NCBI GenBank assembly: GCA_964016885.1
Contig: OZ024741.1
Location: 90,024,001-90,088,000 of the forward strand
Length of the DNA: 64,000 bases
Direction: 5' to 3'
Source: Eledone cirrhosa
Lineage: Eukaryota
This document shows, one piece after another, positions 35,223 through 50,600 of the stretch (its first letter is position 1; each line of letters starts with the position of its first letter). The position numbers and the translations under genes are program-made. Below the pieces are notes generated by a model. It did not search any database. It was not told the origin of the DNA and saw only the letters and a list, made by a program, of their open reading frames with translations.

Positions 35223-38200
35223 ATGGCCAATATAAGAGTTGGATGTGTGAATGTACGCGGCCTGGGGATGCCCTGGAAACAGGGCAAACTCTTAAACGAC
35301 CTCAGGTCGCACAGTATGGATGTAGTAGCCATTTGCGAGTCCAGGATCAACAGCGAGCGACAGCTAGCCCCCATCTTCGACGACTTTGAGATCTACGCAT
35401 CTCTCTGTCAGCCGGGAGGTGGGGGTGGGGTTGCCGTGTTGCTGCGGAAACACCTGGACCTCGTAACACAGACGATACATCTGGACACGGAGGTTCGACT
35501 GGTGGTCCTAGACGTTGACGGTAGTGAAGGTGGAGCTTTCAGGCTGGTGGCTGCATATGCCCCATCCGGGACACCACGGCCAGACTTCTTCAAACGTCTA
35601 GAGACTTTTCTGGGAACGTCCCACTCCTTGCTTTTAGTGGGGGACTGGAATGGAATCCTAGATGCACGTTGGGACTATGTGGGATCATGTCCCGATAAAG
35701 GGGGGGTGTAACAGCCTCAAACAGTTAATCGGCCGATTTGACCTGGCCGATAGATATCGACTATATTTTCCGACTGTGCCACTGTGGACGTGGACTAATC
35801 GCGACGGAACATCTAGATCATACCTAGATAGGGTTCTAATTAGAAATAAAGATAGGGACATGTTAATCTGTCCACAAATGTTCATGGTTGCCTATTCAGA
35901 TCACAAACTAGTGTCCTGCATGGTCAACCTTGATAGAACCCATAGACAAGGAACCGGCTACTGGAAGCTGAACTTGTCGTTACCGACATGCAAAGGATTA
36001 GCATTTTAGTTAAACAGCACTTGGCAGGGGTCATTGTCAACAACAGATGGTGGTACTCTCTCAAGAGGGCAGTTAGATTAGACTCGTTAGTTTTTAGTAA
36101 AGAATTAGCTTTAAATAGAAATAGGACCGAGAAGGAACTGGTAGATAAAGTAGAAGAGGCAATTAGAAGTGGCAAAGTAGCCAGAGTGCTAGCAACGAGA
36201 ACGGCCTTGGACCAGTTCTTCGACGCAAAGCATGAGGGATGCGTTGTCAGAAGCAAAATACGTGCTGTGGGTAACGAGGGAGCCAAAGCTGTTAGCTGGG
36301 CCCGAGTGACGGAGGCGAAAAGTGGCAACAAGTCCACGATTCGGTCTTTGAAGGACCAAGACGGACGCGTGATACGTGAACCGAAGCAGATGTATGCGGC
36401 CTTTCAGCGGCACTTTGCTCAGCTGTTCGGGCAGGGTGGCGCGCCGGGAGGGGCTATGGATTTCGGTCCATACCTCGACGGCCTACCGCGACTCTCGGAC
36501 AGCGAAGCGAAGTTCTGCGAAAAACCTATTTCAGCTGCTGAGATAGAGGACGCGCTGAGCCAATGCGGCAAACGCAAATCTCCAGGTCTCGACGGTCTAC
36601 CTTACGAATTTTACGTAGCAATGCCAGACTTGTTCTCCGGTCTCCTGGAAGCGGTCTACTGCAACTGGCAGCAGAATGGGAGAATTCCCAGTTCTGTGAC
36701 CAGGGCGTAGTCACACTAGTCAGGAAGGACGAGAATAAAGGGGATGACATAGGCAAGTTTCGGCCTATAACTCTGCTAAACACAGAGTTACAGATTTTGG
36801 CCAAGGTGTTGGCAAAGAGGCTGGTGCTTGTCGTCGAAAACCTGGTGGGAGAAGCGCAGACATGCGCAATCCCGACCAGGTCCATACACGACAACCTCCA
36901 CCTCATGCGATACATCATAGAGAGGGTAGGGTGTAAACCCGGCTTCGGTGGGGCCCTGATCAACTTGGATCAGTATAAGGCTTTCGATAGGGTTGACCAT
37001 CGTTACCTGGATGCGGTGCTCGAGGCGGCAGGCTTCGGACCCGTGTTCAGGGGCTGGATTGCTGCAATGCACAGCAGCAACATCTGCTCAAGGGTCAAGG
37101 TGAACGGCTACATCTCGGAGCCGTCCTACAGGGATGCCCTCTCTCATCCCTTCTGTACGTACTGACTCTCGAGCCACTACTGCGGAAGTTGGAGCTATTG
37201 CAGGGCATCCCTCTAGAGCCGGGACTGCAGAAAGCGGCGTCGGCCTACGCCGACGACGTAACAGTAATGGTGTCGAGCACCTCGCAAATCGAGGAAGTCG
37301 GTACCTTACTGAAGGAATACGAAAGGTTCACAGGAGCCAAGCTGAACCGGGACAAGTCCGTCGGTTTGCAACTCGGATCGTGGAGAAGCAAACCAATGCC
37401 TTCCGATGGCGTCGTCGGACGCTGGACGGAAGGACCGGTAAAGCTGTTCGGGGTCTGGTTTGGTCCAGATCTCCAAGTGGAGAAGAACTGGAACGAGGTG
37501 ACAGCCAAGGTGTTTGCACTCACCCAGAAGTGGGCCGAGTGCAAACTATCCTTGAAAGGTCGAGCGGATGTGGCGAACACTTTTATAGCGTCCGTCATCT
37601 ACTACCGCTTGTCCAGCAAAAACGCTCACCAAAATGGAGCGCGCGCTCTTCCAATTCCTTTGGAAGAAGCGGGCACTTTCTGTCTAAAATGGTATGTAAC
37701 CCTTTCATTATCATATTTCTAACAAGAATATACCCCTTTTTGTCTAAAATGGTATATTCTTATATTTCTAACAAGAATATACCTCCTTTCTGTCTAAAAT
37801 GGTATTTAACCCTTTCATTATCATATTTCTAACAAGAATATACCCCCTTTCTGTCTAAAATGGTATTTAACTCTTTCATTATCATATTTCTAACAAGAAT
37901 ATACCCCTTTTTGTCTAAAATGGTATTTAACCCTTTCATTATCATATTTCTAACAAGAATATACCCCCTTTCTGTCTAAAATGGTATTTAACTCTTTCAT
38001 TATCATATTTCTAACAAGAATATACCCCTTTTTGTCTAAAATGGTATTTAACCCTTTCATTATCATATTTCTAACAAGAATATACCCCCTTTCTCTCTAA
38101 AATGGTATTTAACTCTTTCATTATCATATTTATAACAAGAATATACCCCTTTTCTGTCTAAAATGGTATTTAATCTTGCTGGGGATGCCGTGGCTGACGA

Positions 38201-39070
38201 TGCGCAAACACGCGCTCAGGCTGCGGCATCTCTACGTATTCCTCACCGGACAACCGGTGTGGGCCCCGTTCGTGAAGCGAGCCTTCCCACGACTCGTCTC
38301 GCTGACCGAGCTGCAGTCCTGGGTCAAGCAAAGACCGAGGAAAATGGGCGACTGGCACATAGAATGTGCTTAGGCGCTCACAGCCCTCTGGCAGGCGAAC
38401 CCGGCGATCAGTGGAGACTCCACTTCGTCAGTCTATAGAAGAGGGTTGGTCCGCAGCAAGTGCGACGACGCGCTCGGAGAAACTCTAGGCGTAGAGGAAG
38501 ACGAACTGGCCAGTATGTTCGGTAGGACCTTCTGCCCGGGACCGATGGACAACTTCCAAAAGTCCCTGGCCTGGCAGTGCTACCAAGGAGCTCTACCAGT
38601 TCGAGACAAGCTCTATAGACATGGGCGCCCGGGCAGGGACCCTTCGAAAAAGATCTGTCCGAGATGCGTGCGAGACGAAGAAACCGTCGCGCACGCATTC
38701 ATACACTGCCCGGGCGTTACCGACCTGTAGGGCTATGTAGAACGACTATTGTCGCGAGTGGGACCAATCCGGTTGACCACCGAGTCCATTGTCATGATCA
38801 AACCGCTACCCTCCTTCAAAAACGAAGGAGAGGCGGTTTTCCTTTGTGTGATAGCTATGGCGAAAGAGGTTGTATGGTGGACGAGGTTAAAAGGACTGAG
38901 GTCAGACACCTTTCTCTCCGGCCAACAACTGATTCTTTTTTCAAATACCACTTTGAAAGAAGAATCAGGATGGAGAGAGAGGTGCTGTACCCCAGCAAGT
39001 TTTATGAAAGGTGGGTGAAAGTGGTGAGAATGGCTCGAGTGAATGGCCTTCTCTCTATATCAGCCTGTAG
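35223..39070 (+). pseudogene. Disrupted ORF2 (APE-RT-zinc finger)
   Basis: VNVRG, GDWN, SDH, KSPGLDG, YADD and CPRC..HAFIHC in successive frames, with stops and a minisatellite insertion. Confidence 0.92.
37677..38173 (+). repeat. 60/61-bp minisatellite (~8.3 units) interrupting ORF2
   Basis: TGTCTAAAATGGTATTTAAC(C/T)CTTTCATTATCATATTTCTAACAAGAATATACCCC.TTT repeated. Confidence 0.95.
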
Positions 39071-39308
39071 GTTGAGGAAAAGCAGGAAAAGAGGAAAGGG
39101 GTACAAACTCTTCGTATTCCTGGAGAAGAGGGTTGCACAATTTTTCGGGGGTATGTGTTACCCATATGAAATGTCTCCCCCTATTGGGGAAAATCGATTA
39201 ACTTTTCAATTGCATTTGTGATAATATTTTACACGTTTTTATTGTATGTAAACTTCCCCCTTTGTATTTGTCCTCTTCTTTTGTGCCCCTGTGGCTAATA
39301 AAGAAACA

Positions 39309-39369
<61 letters not shown>

Positions 39370-39888
39370 GTCTATCTCTATATCTATCTATCTATCTTTC
39401 TGTCTAACTGTCTGTCTATCTGTCCTTGTTTTTTTTTCTTTCTGTCTTCCCACATATCTATATGTCTACCTATCTGCCTACCTACGTATCTATCTATCTG
39501 TGTACTTACCTACCTAGTTATCTACAGCTATGCATTATGTATATTTACCAATATATTTTTCTTCGGACAAGAACAACAATAATAACAATAATAAAGTACG
39601 AATCCTAATAGCAGTCCAAATATGTATGAGCAAATATAGAATTAACACATCGTAATTTAGTGGACATATGTTTGATAATGATTAAAGAAAATATAGAAAC
39701 AAATTATTGCATTTGGTTTAAATTAATGTAAAATGAAATATGGCGGTGGCCGGAGTGGCAAGAGGGAGAAGACCAAAGAAAATCAATATGTTGTAATCAA
39801 TTAATTATTAAATACAATTTTTATAACTCCGTTGTTTTTTTTTACGGGTGCTATGTTAGTACATACTCCATATATATATATATATATA

Positions 39889-41037
39889 TCATTATCTATA
39901 AAAGGCAGATTGTTGTTGTGTGTGTGTGTGTGTGTGTGTGTGCATGTTCCATGTTTATACATTTGCAAAATTTCAAACCGATTCGACTCAAAGTCTGTAA
40001 GAATGTTGTAAATGGCCTAACTTAGATCAACAGCTATTTATTTCATTCAAACTCACCAACAATTACGGAAATAATCGATAAAACTAAATACATGACGCTT
40101 TACCCATCTAATACAATCTGATTTACTCTCTCAACTCCCCTCTAAATTCGATAAAACTACATACATGCTGCAACTTTCTCTTATATACGATTGAACTTAC
40201 AAACTTTAAGAGAGAGAGAGAGAGTGAGAGGGAGAGATAGAGAGGGAACGTTTGTTTTTGAGTGTGGAACGGTCAAACATTTATTTACTTCAATGACAAA
40301 GAGAACTTATTACATTTCATACGAAACAACAATTATTCAAAAAGGTTAACTTTGCCTTTCATCCTTACGGGGTCGATAAAATAAAGTACCAGTCATGTAC
40401 TGGGTAATTGCTGGCCTTGTGCCTAAAATAGAAACAATTATTCAAAAACAACAGATAAATTTATTCAACAACAAAAAAAATAGCAATAAATCTTTTTTAA
40501 AACATCTATCAACGTACGTGGAAGAAAGAAGTATCAGTTCATTTACTATACACAATAATATCCTCCATGAGGTCACTAAACCTGCTAGAAACAGCAGCTA
40601 ACTCTCCCCCATATTACACCCCTCCCTACTGTCTTAAATTTAGAAAACATATCCTCTATGAGGTCACTAAACCTGCTAGAAACAGCAGCTAACTCTCCCC
40701 ATATCACACCCCTCCCCACTGTCTTAAATTTAGAAAACACACATTAGACAACCATGCAGAACAACTCCATCGCAGCTCTGTTGTTCGGCTGGCATCGTCT
40801 ACGCGCGTGTTGCGCAAGTACTGTGAAACAATAAATTTCAACACTTCTTTGCACAGAGATAATATCCATAGGCGAAATTACAATTGTCACTGCTGGTGCA
40901 GCTCCTGCTTCGGCAGTCCAGGTCTGCAATTCATTCACCCAGTGCCTGGCAGACAAAAAAGTGGTGCCATAAAATGGGTGGTGCAACCTAACTTTAGTAA
41001 CTTATTGACCCCGAGCAACGCCGGGCTTTAATGCTAG
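39889..41037 (+). mobile_element. Non-autonomous Helitron with internal ~92-bp tandem and nested SINE fragment
   Basis: A|TC start, CCCGAGCAACGCCGGG hairpin, CTAG|T end, no TSD, in (TA)n. Confidence 0.8.
40344..40448 (+). mobile_element. 5'-truncated SINE with 15-bp TSD
   Basis: ACAATTATTCAAAAA at 40329-40343 and 40434-40448. Confidence 0.8.
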
Positions 41038-41107
<70 letters not shown>

Positions 41108-41194
41108 GAAAAACAAAGAATTGTACCCTGTGTTTTGTCCGTTTTCCGTTGTCTTCGCCCATTTTTTAAATTCGTTTTATACATACATACACAC

Positions 41195-41277
<83 letters not shown>

Positions 41278-41409
41278 TACACACACACGCACACACATAT
41301 AATATATATATAGGAAAAAGAAGTTGAAAATGCAATTGGAGTCTTTAAGAAGGTGTATTTACAATAAATTATAATTTTACCAGTTTCACAAGTTTAATGA
41401 TTTTTAAAC

Positions 41410-41585
<176 letters not shown>

Positions 41586-42399
41586 AGCGACTCACTGATC
41601 ACCGAGCTACACACTCTGTCGACTAACGCTATTCCGAAAACCCTTCGGAGAAACCGCATTGGCAAACTTAAATGCACATGTTGGCACTGATCAGCTGACA
41701 TGAAAAGGAGTAATTGGAAGGAACGGCGATCCTGATCTAAATGCGAAAGGAGAAGCCTTATTAGAATTCTGATCGAGTCGTGTGTACATCGTATAAGATT
41801 AATCGGGGATAGAGATCAGTAATTAATTAAAACAATAATTTAATTAATTACACAAATAATATTTTATGCATAGGTGAAAATAATCGTATTTATTCAATAG
41901 AAAAGATTCTTGAACATATTTATAGCAACTAATACAACGTATAATATCTATTCAATATTCTTTTCCATAACACACATCTTTTACATAACAAATATTTTAC
42001 ATAACACATCTTGCGCGTTTTGAACGGATATTTACTAAAACCATTTCATTTCATATACATGAATGTGTGTCTGCCTATCTTGTTTTCTGTCTCTCTCTCT
42101 CTCTGTCTCTTTCTATTTATGTCATCAATGCTTAATTGAGAAACCGAGATTCTTCAAAAATAAAAAATTTAAAAAGGAAAAAGGAAAAGGAGAAATAAAC
42201 AATCCGGATTTTCTAAAATATTTTAAGTATGAAAAACTTTCTAAAAAGACCATCATTTGGTATTGTGTCAACATATATGGAAATATTATGCCTTAGAGAA
42301 AGAATCTCTTGTTCCACTGAATGTCTCTTATTTAAACAAGGCTTGTCGGTTACTGCTATTGTTGCTTGTTACCAGTTAGCCCCATGTCAGCCATGCGAA

Positions 42400-43195
42400 T
42401 GCTCGTGGGTTAATCGTTAGAATGTCCGGCTCGCAATCTTAAGGCCATGAGTGTGATTCCCGGCAGCAAGTTTTATCCTTGAACAAGATATTTTATTTCA
42501 CATAGTTCTCATGGAGATTCAGCGTGACAGTCTGTGGAAGGTTTGGCCCTTTAAATTACAGTTACAACTCCCTTTTCTCATCTGAGTAGACTGGGGCAAC
42601 GTAAAATAAAGTGTCCTGCACAAGGACAAAATGACCGCCTGGTCCGGGCATCGAACCAACTACATTTATAGGAAAAGGGGCAATCCGATCACTGTTTGCA
42701 GTCAATAGACAAGCATGGACATATTTTTCGATGTCTAATAAGATTGTACAAGGCTGACGAGATCAATTAGACCGAAAAATATGATCATAGTTGTTCCTTC
42801 ACTGAAAAAGAGATTCGGATGATCATTTCTTTAAGCGTGTAAATTAACTTGTGAAGACGCGGAGTTTTGTGGTTAGAGTGTTCGATTCACGATCGCAAGA
42901 TCATTAGTTCGAATCCCGGCCGTGCGTCGTATAATTGAGCAAGACACTTTATTTCACGTTACTCTGGTCCACTCAGCAAAATAAATTGGGAAAACGGAAA
43001 CTATTTAGAAGCCTATCGGATGGACTGTAGATGTAATTCAAAGGGCCAGCCTTGTCCAACACTGTGTCATGCTAAAACTCCCAGAGAACTAACTACGTGT
43101 CTATGGAATTCTCAGTCATTCGCACATTAATGTAACGAACAGGTTGTTCTATTGTTCGAACAACTGGACCACTCGTCGTCAGATCCGATGGCGGT
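42400..43195. mobile_element. Cluster of old tRNA-related SINE remnants
   Basis: GGTTAGAGTG...AGTTCGAATCCCGG A/B boxes at ~42870-42920; a related copy at ~42405-42510. Confidence 0.55.
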
Positions 43196-43289
43196 CACAC
43201 ATGCAAAATTTACCTCGAGAATTTTTTTCTCGATTTCTTAAAATTATTTCATCTTCATTTTGAGTCACAAACAATACGCAGGTCGTACC

Positions 43290-43625
43290 AACCCATAGCT
43301 TTGTTCATGAATGACCGAAAGAATACAATCGTTAATAGACACGACCGAAATAGAGTTCCCCAGAAGGATCTTTGGACAAACGTTACTTGACAAAGAGTAT
43401 AGCTTGGAGATCAAGGAATTCCTTCTAGTAGAGCCACTACTTTTTCGAATCAAGAGATCACTGTTCCGATACTATGGACTTGTGGTTCGAATATCTAGGG
43501 AAAGAGTCGCAGGACAGATTTTACAGGAATAAGCGGGCGAAGAAGAAGAAGAAGAAGAAGAAGAAGAAGAAGAAGAAGAAGAAGAAGAAGAAGAAGAAGA
43601 AGAAGCAGCAGCAGCAGCAGCAGCA
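43290..43625 (+). pseudogene. RTE ORF C-terminal remnant followed by (GAA)n(CAG)n
   Basis: TTEIEFPRRIFGQTLLDK..VEPLLFRIKRSLFRYYGLVVRI. Confidence 0.55.
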
Positions 43626-43891
43626 AATAATTGTCGCTAGGTTTCTTGTGGTTATGTCTTAATTTCTACAAATTAAGGGTTTATTGCGGCACGTCATTCA
43701 GTACACTACCATTTAACATAAATATTCAAATTTATGCCAATGGCCTCAATGAGTTATTTCCAGTACACAGACACTCACATTCACTTACTCACACACTAAT
43801 TCTCTCATACAGACACACACGCGCACACACATATATATAAAGAGAAAGCGAATGAGTGAGAGATAGATAGATAGAGAGAGAGAGAGATAGA

Positions 43892-43979
<88 letters not shown>

Positions 43980-44431
43980 GAGAGGAGGATATATGATGTA
44001 TGGGAATACATTTGATGTTCGTGTTGATAAGAAATATAATTATGGCATATGCTGTATATAGTATTTTAAGTTAATTGTACTGAAGTGTTGGAGGTTTTGA
44101 AAGTTGTGGCTGGGTGGTGGATACGTAAGGCTACTTGAACAGATATGTAAGTGTTTTCATCCTCCATGGACCTCCATCCCTCACCTATACTCCATCCAAT
44201 TGACATTAAAAGACTGTACTCATATATACATACGTCCATGCTTATGTACGTACATATACATACATGCATACATAGATACACACACATACATACATACATA
44301 CATATACAACCTTGCCACGAGGAAGGTGGTCGATCAAAAATGTACTCGAAATTAAGAGAAAGCGAAACATACATATGCATACATGTATATATACATATCT
44401 ACATACATAAATACATACATACATACATACA

Positions 44432-44745
44432 TGATGATGGCTGCCCCCTCGTTATCGAGTATGGCCATTGCACGATATACCATTATTAATAATTCTCAGT
44501 TAATGCTATCGAGCAATGCCTGTGCGTGAAGATATTTTTTAAAGTGAGGAAAGACTGTGCACTGAGCCAATCCCACTCTCTTAACGACAGTAGCTATAAC
44601 CCGAAAAGAAGAAAAGATCAACATCACCGGTAACTACTGAGCCGCAGGTTTTATATCGAAGTTATGCCAGTTTCCTGAGTTGCCTTCTCCTAGAAGAATG
44701 CCCTGACAAAGGCTATGGGTCCTTCACTCCCAGTGGTTTAACCGC
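44432..44745 (-). mobile_element. RTE-derived bipartite / Ceph-SINE-like element with (TATG)n tail
   Basis: Homologous to 15990-16310 and 16361-16457. Confidence 0.6.
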
Positions 44746-44939
44746 GTGGTACATGTGTATAAACATACATATATACATACATATATGTATGTAGGCATGC
44801 ATACAGGCATACAAACAAACATATATATTTATTTTCTGGCCGTCAATATCACAAGGATACAACATTCAAACATACATGCATACATATGCACATACATATA
44901 TATATGCATACATGTATACATACATAGACACACATATAT

Positions 44940-45271
44940 AACAAAATACTGGTGTGTATGAATACAACAAGAGACGTGGTTTGTGTGTATAATATTTAAT
45001 CAACAATTTGTGGTTATATAGAACAGTATAGTTGACATGCCAATGAATAAATGAAAGAATGAAGCAAAGTTATTAGTTACTGTTTGGTTGCCAGGCGAAG
45101 GCGCCTGGCCGAAGGCCGGGAGCCGAAAAGGCAAATGAGAGATAGGGAGCTGAAAGTTATTCCCTTTATAGGGTTGGAACGGAAGTTACAGAAAGGGTTC
45201 TACTTCCTATCTAGAGAGCGTTATTCTATTGGTGATGTGAGTGTCACAACAAGGGAGGCAACTCCTGCTAC
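44940..45271 (-). mobile_element. Possible solo LTR
   Basis: Minus strand starts TGTAGCAG and contains TATAAAG and a downstream ATTAAA; sharply bounded by (TACA)-rich sequence; no TSD verified. Confidence 0.35.
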
Positions 45272-45744
45272 ACATATATACATGCATAAATGCATATATG
45301 TACACATACACACAAACACACATGCATACATGTATACATAGATACACACATACATACAAACATACGTACATACATATATACATATATACATGTATACCTG
45401 CGTGTATACATGTATATATACATATGTACATACATATATACATGTATATATACATATGTACATACAAACATACGTACATAAATATATACATGTATATACA
45501 TGTGTACATATATATGCATGTATGTATACATGTATGCATATATATATGCATGCATATATGTATGTACGTATGTTTGTATGTATGTGTGTATCTATGTATA
45601 CACATACATATATAAATATGTATATACATACATGCATAAATATACATACATTCATACATACATCAATGCATACATACATAAATACATGCATACACATACA
45701 TACATACATACATACATACATACATACATACATACAGACATACA

Positions 45745-45776
<32 letters not shown>

Positions 45777-46224
45777 CACATTCATATATATATTCAGCAG
45801 ATGTCAATATAATGCTAAAGATTAGTGAAAAGGAGAACGTTTATTCTGAACTTTGGGGAGAGGAAAGTCGATTACAACGACTCCAGTGCGTTACTGGTAC
45901 ATAATATATATGAACACATACATATATATACATAGATACATACGTACATACATGCATAAATACATACATACATACACACATACATACATCATACATACAT
46001 AATACATACATACATACATGAGATAGATAACATCATAAGAGTCAAAAGGTAGCTCTTCAGAAAGTATTCTGTGACCGATAACCACTGATGCACAATAACA
46101 CGACAATCAGTCATTATGTATATCAACAGAAGTCATGTATGTCTATGTTGCCAGACAGCATTAAATTGATAAAACAATAGATAACCAAATTAGTCTATTT
46201 TGAACTAACAACCGAGATATTAGT

Positions 46225-47644
46225 TCTCACTTTGAAGGATAAGCTTTTGCAATCCCGAAACAAGAAATAGCAACGAAATACTTTATCGGCAAACGGAATA
46301 TAGATGTAGGTAAAACACGTAGATGTGGAAACCGATGCAGATTCTGTGGAATTAATACAAGACATGTCATAGAGATAATATCCCTCTTATGAGGCATGAT
46401 GTTGTAGCCAAAACATTTAACAAAGCAACCCATAGAAAACATAGCCCACATGATAAGAAGTTACCACGATGCGTTGGGGATAATAATTACTAAAAATACG
46501 AAAGAATACTGGTAGGTTGTTCCCGTTAGTAAAATGTAAATATAACAGACTAGATGTAATGATCTAGATCTAGAAAAAATAAATCACATACAATAGTAGA
46601 AATCACTTTAAAAGTATATTAACATAACGTTAATAATTAGTGGAAAAGCAAAAATCTATGTCGAATAATGAGAAATCTGCAGTTATTCCTCCCCGGGATA
46701 CAGCTTTAGGTTTTGAGAAGTTGAATATCTGTAGAGAATAAAGAAAACATGGTCGTCAAAATTAGCAGCCTACAACAAGCATGTCGCTCACAATACCTTT
46801 ACAATATGATCCTAAAGCTTATATTTAGGCTTCTGAACTGGTCACTACAACAGCTCAACGAGATGGATATAAGAACTCGCAAGCTGAAAAGTGTTGTTGG
46901 AAATTTCAACATCAAAGTGGGCAACCGTGGCTTTAAATTTATAGCGACATCGTACGAGACCCGGACTATAACACTGAAATATTATCTTTAGCAGAAAATG
47001 TCAGCAACCAACTCGCTTAAATTTGAGAGTAGGAAAATAACATTATTAAGATAGCCAATGAATTTGATGTGAAACATACCATAAAAGCTGACACAGATCT
47101 TTCTTTAAAGAACATTTTTAAAATCGTATTCAATACTTCGAGCAAAATCTAAAAAGATTAAACTGGCTCATTGAAAAGTTTGCATATGAATGCATAAAAT
47201 GAAAAAAACAAAAACAAAAAAACCAAAAAAAAACCAAAGAAGGGATAAAACACCAAAAGCCCCACACCTAGTTTTGTTAATTTCATAACAACTCACCTTG
47301 TTAGCTTCATGCAATCCAGGAAAAAGGAATTCTCACCAACCATGTACTACGCAAAATAGAAATATCATTCGCTGACAACAAATGTAAAAAAATAAATGAA
47401 TAAAACCCCTAAAAACTGAAGACATTAGTCACGTTGTTGCCATCTGTGAAAAAAAGGCCTTCTCGATACTACCTTCCCATAAGATATGATGTGGCGTCCT
47501 GAACAATTTGGTTTATATTAGGAATGACAAATGTAACAACAGATAGGGATGAGTATATTAAGATTAATTGGTTAAAAGAATATTAGTAGAACCTGAAAAT
47601 AAATGATGTCACCAAATTAAACCACGACCAACCCGATATTATTG
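46225..47644 (+). mobile_element. Two decayed R4/Dong-like (RLE) retrotransposon fragments
   Basis: QEIATKY..CRFCG..RHDVVAK..KYNRLDV; then LLNWSLQQLNEMDIRTRKL..EDISHVVAIC..YYLPIRYDV..KLNHDQPDII. Confidence 0.6.
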
Positions 47645-50600
47645 CATTGGAATGCATACATTGGAATACATACATTGGAATACATACATTGGATGTATAC
47701 ATTGGAATACATACGTTGGAATACATACATTGGAATACATACATTGGATGTATACATTGGAATACATACATTGGATGTATACATTGGAATGCATACATTG
47801 GAATACATACATTGGAATGTATACATTGGAATGTATACATTGGAATGCATACATTGGAATACATACATTGGAATGTATACATTGGAATACATACATTGGA
47901 ATACATACATTGGATGTATACATTGGAATGCATACATTGGAATGTATACATTGGAATGTATACATTGGAATACATACATTGGAATACATACATTGGAATA
48001 CATACATTGGATGTATACATTGGAATACATACATTGGATGTATACATTGGAATGTATACATTGGAATGCATACATTGGAATGTATACATTGGAATACATA
48101 CATTGGAATACATACATTGGAATGTATACATTGGAATACATACATTGGAATACATACATTGGAATGTATACATTGGAATGCATACATTGGATGTATACAT
48201 TGGAATGTATACATTGGAATACATACATTGGAATACATACATTGGAATGCATACATTGGAATACATACATTGGATGTATACATTGGAATGTATACATTGG
48301 AATGTATACATTGGAATGTATACATTAGAATGCATACATTGGAATACATACATTGGATGTATACATTGGAATGTATACATTGGAATGTATACATTGGAAT
48401 GTATACATTGGAATACATACATTGGAATACATACATTGGAATGCATACATTGGAATACATACATTGGATGTATACATTGGAATGTATACATTGGAATACA
48501 TACATTGGAATACATACATTGGATGTATACATTGGAATGCATACATTGGAATACATACATTGGAATGTATACATTGGAATGCATACATTGGAATACATAC
48601 ATTGGAATGTATATATTGGAATACATACATTGGAATGCATACATTGGAATGTATACATTGGAATGTATACATTGGAATGTATACATTGGAATGTATACAT
48701 TGGAATGTATACATTGGAATGTATACATTGGAATACATACATTGGATGTATACATTGGAATGTATACATTGGAATGTATACATTGGAATGCATACATTGG
48801 AATACATACATTGGAATGCATACATTGGAATGTATACATTGGAATGTATACATTGGAATGTATACATTGGAATGTATACATTGGAATGTATACATTGGAA
48901 TACATACATTGGATGTATACATTGGAATGCATACATTGGAATGTATACATTGGAATGTATACATTGGAATGTATACATTGGAATGCATACATTGGAATAC
49001 ATACATTGGATGTATACATTGGAATGCATACATTGGAATACATACATTGGAATGTATACATTGGAATGCATACATTGGAATACATACATTGGATGTATAC
49101 ATTGGAATGCATACATTGGAATACATACATTGGATGTATACATTGGAATGCATACATTGGAATACATACATTGGATGTATACATTGGAATGCATACATTG
49201 GAATACATACATTGGATGTATACATTGGAATGCATACATTGGAATACATACATTGGATGTATACATTGGAATGCATACATTGGAATACATACATTGGATG
49301 TATACATTGGAATGCATACATTGGAATACATACATTGGATGTATACATTGGAATGCATACATTGGAATACATACATTGGATGTATACATTGGAATGTATA
49401 CATTGGAATACATACATTGGAATACATACATTGGATGTATACATTGGAATGCATACATTGGAATACATACATTGGATGTATACATTGGAATGCATACATT
49501 GGAATGTATACATTGGAATGCATACATTGGAATGTATACATTGGAATACATACATTGGAATGTATACATTGGAATACATACATTGGAATACATACATTGG
49601 AATGTATACATTGGAATGTATACATTGGAATACATACATTGGAATGTATACATTGGAATACATACATTGGAATACATACATTGGATGTATACATTGGAAT
49701 GCATACATTGGAATGTATACATTGGAATACATACATTGGAATGTATACATTGGAATACATACATTGGAATACATACATTGGATGTATACATTGGAATGCA
49801 TACATTGGAATACATACATTGGATGTATACATTGGAATGCATACATTCGAATGTATACATTGGAATGTATACATTGGAATACATACATTGGAATACATAC
49901 ATTGGAATATATACATTGGAATACATACATTGGAATACATACATTGGATGTATACATTGGAATACATACATTGGATGTATACATTGGAATGTATACATTA
50001 GAATACATACATTGGATGTATACATTGGAATGTATACATTGGAATACATACATTGGAATACATACATTGGAATGTATACATTGGAATGTATACATTGGAA
50101 TGCATACATTGGAATACATACATTGGATGTATACATTGGAATACATACATTGGATGTATACATTGGAATGTATACATTAGAATACATACATTGGATGTAT
50201 ACATTGGAATGTATACATTGGAATACATACATTGGAATACATACATTGGAATGTATACATTGGAATGTATACATTGGAATGCATACATTGGAATACATAC
50301 ATTGGATGTATACATTGGAATACATACATTGGAATGTATACATTAGAATGCATACATTGGAATGCATACATTGGATGTATACATTGGAATGCATACATTG
50401 GAATACATACATTGGATGTATACATTGGAATACATACATTGGAATGTATACATTGGAATGCATACATTGGAATACATACATTGGAATACATACATTGTAA
50501 TGTATACATTGGAATGTATACATTGGAATACATACATTGGAATGTATACATTGGAATACATACATTGGATGTATACATTGGAATGTATACATTGGAATGT

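Larger units (their letters stand above)
34936..39308 (+). mobile_element. 5'-truncated, decayed Tx1-like LINE (second family) inside (TATC)n
   Basis: ORF1 C-terminal remnant (KEKFPNDVG vs KTKFPNAVG), ORF2 collinear with 20111-23530, 3' end CTGTGGCTAATAAAGAAAC; (CTAT)n at 34880-34935 and 39309-39370. Confidence 0.92.

Noticed and set aside
34861-39570. TCTTCGGACAA on both sides of the family B LINE as a TSD
   Set aside because: Not adjacent to the element ends; likely chance or an older duplication
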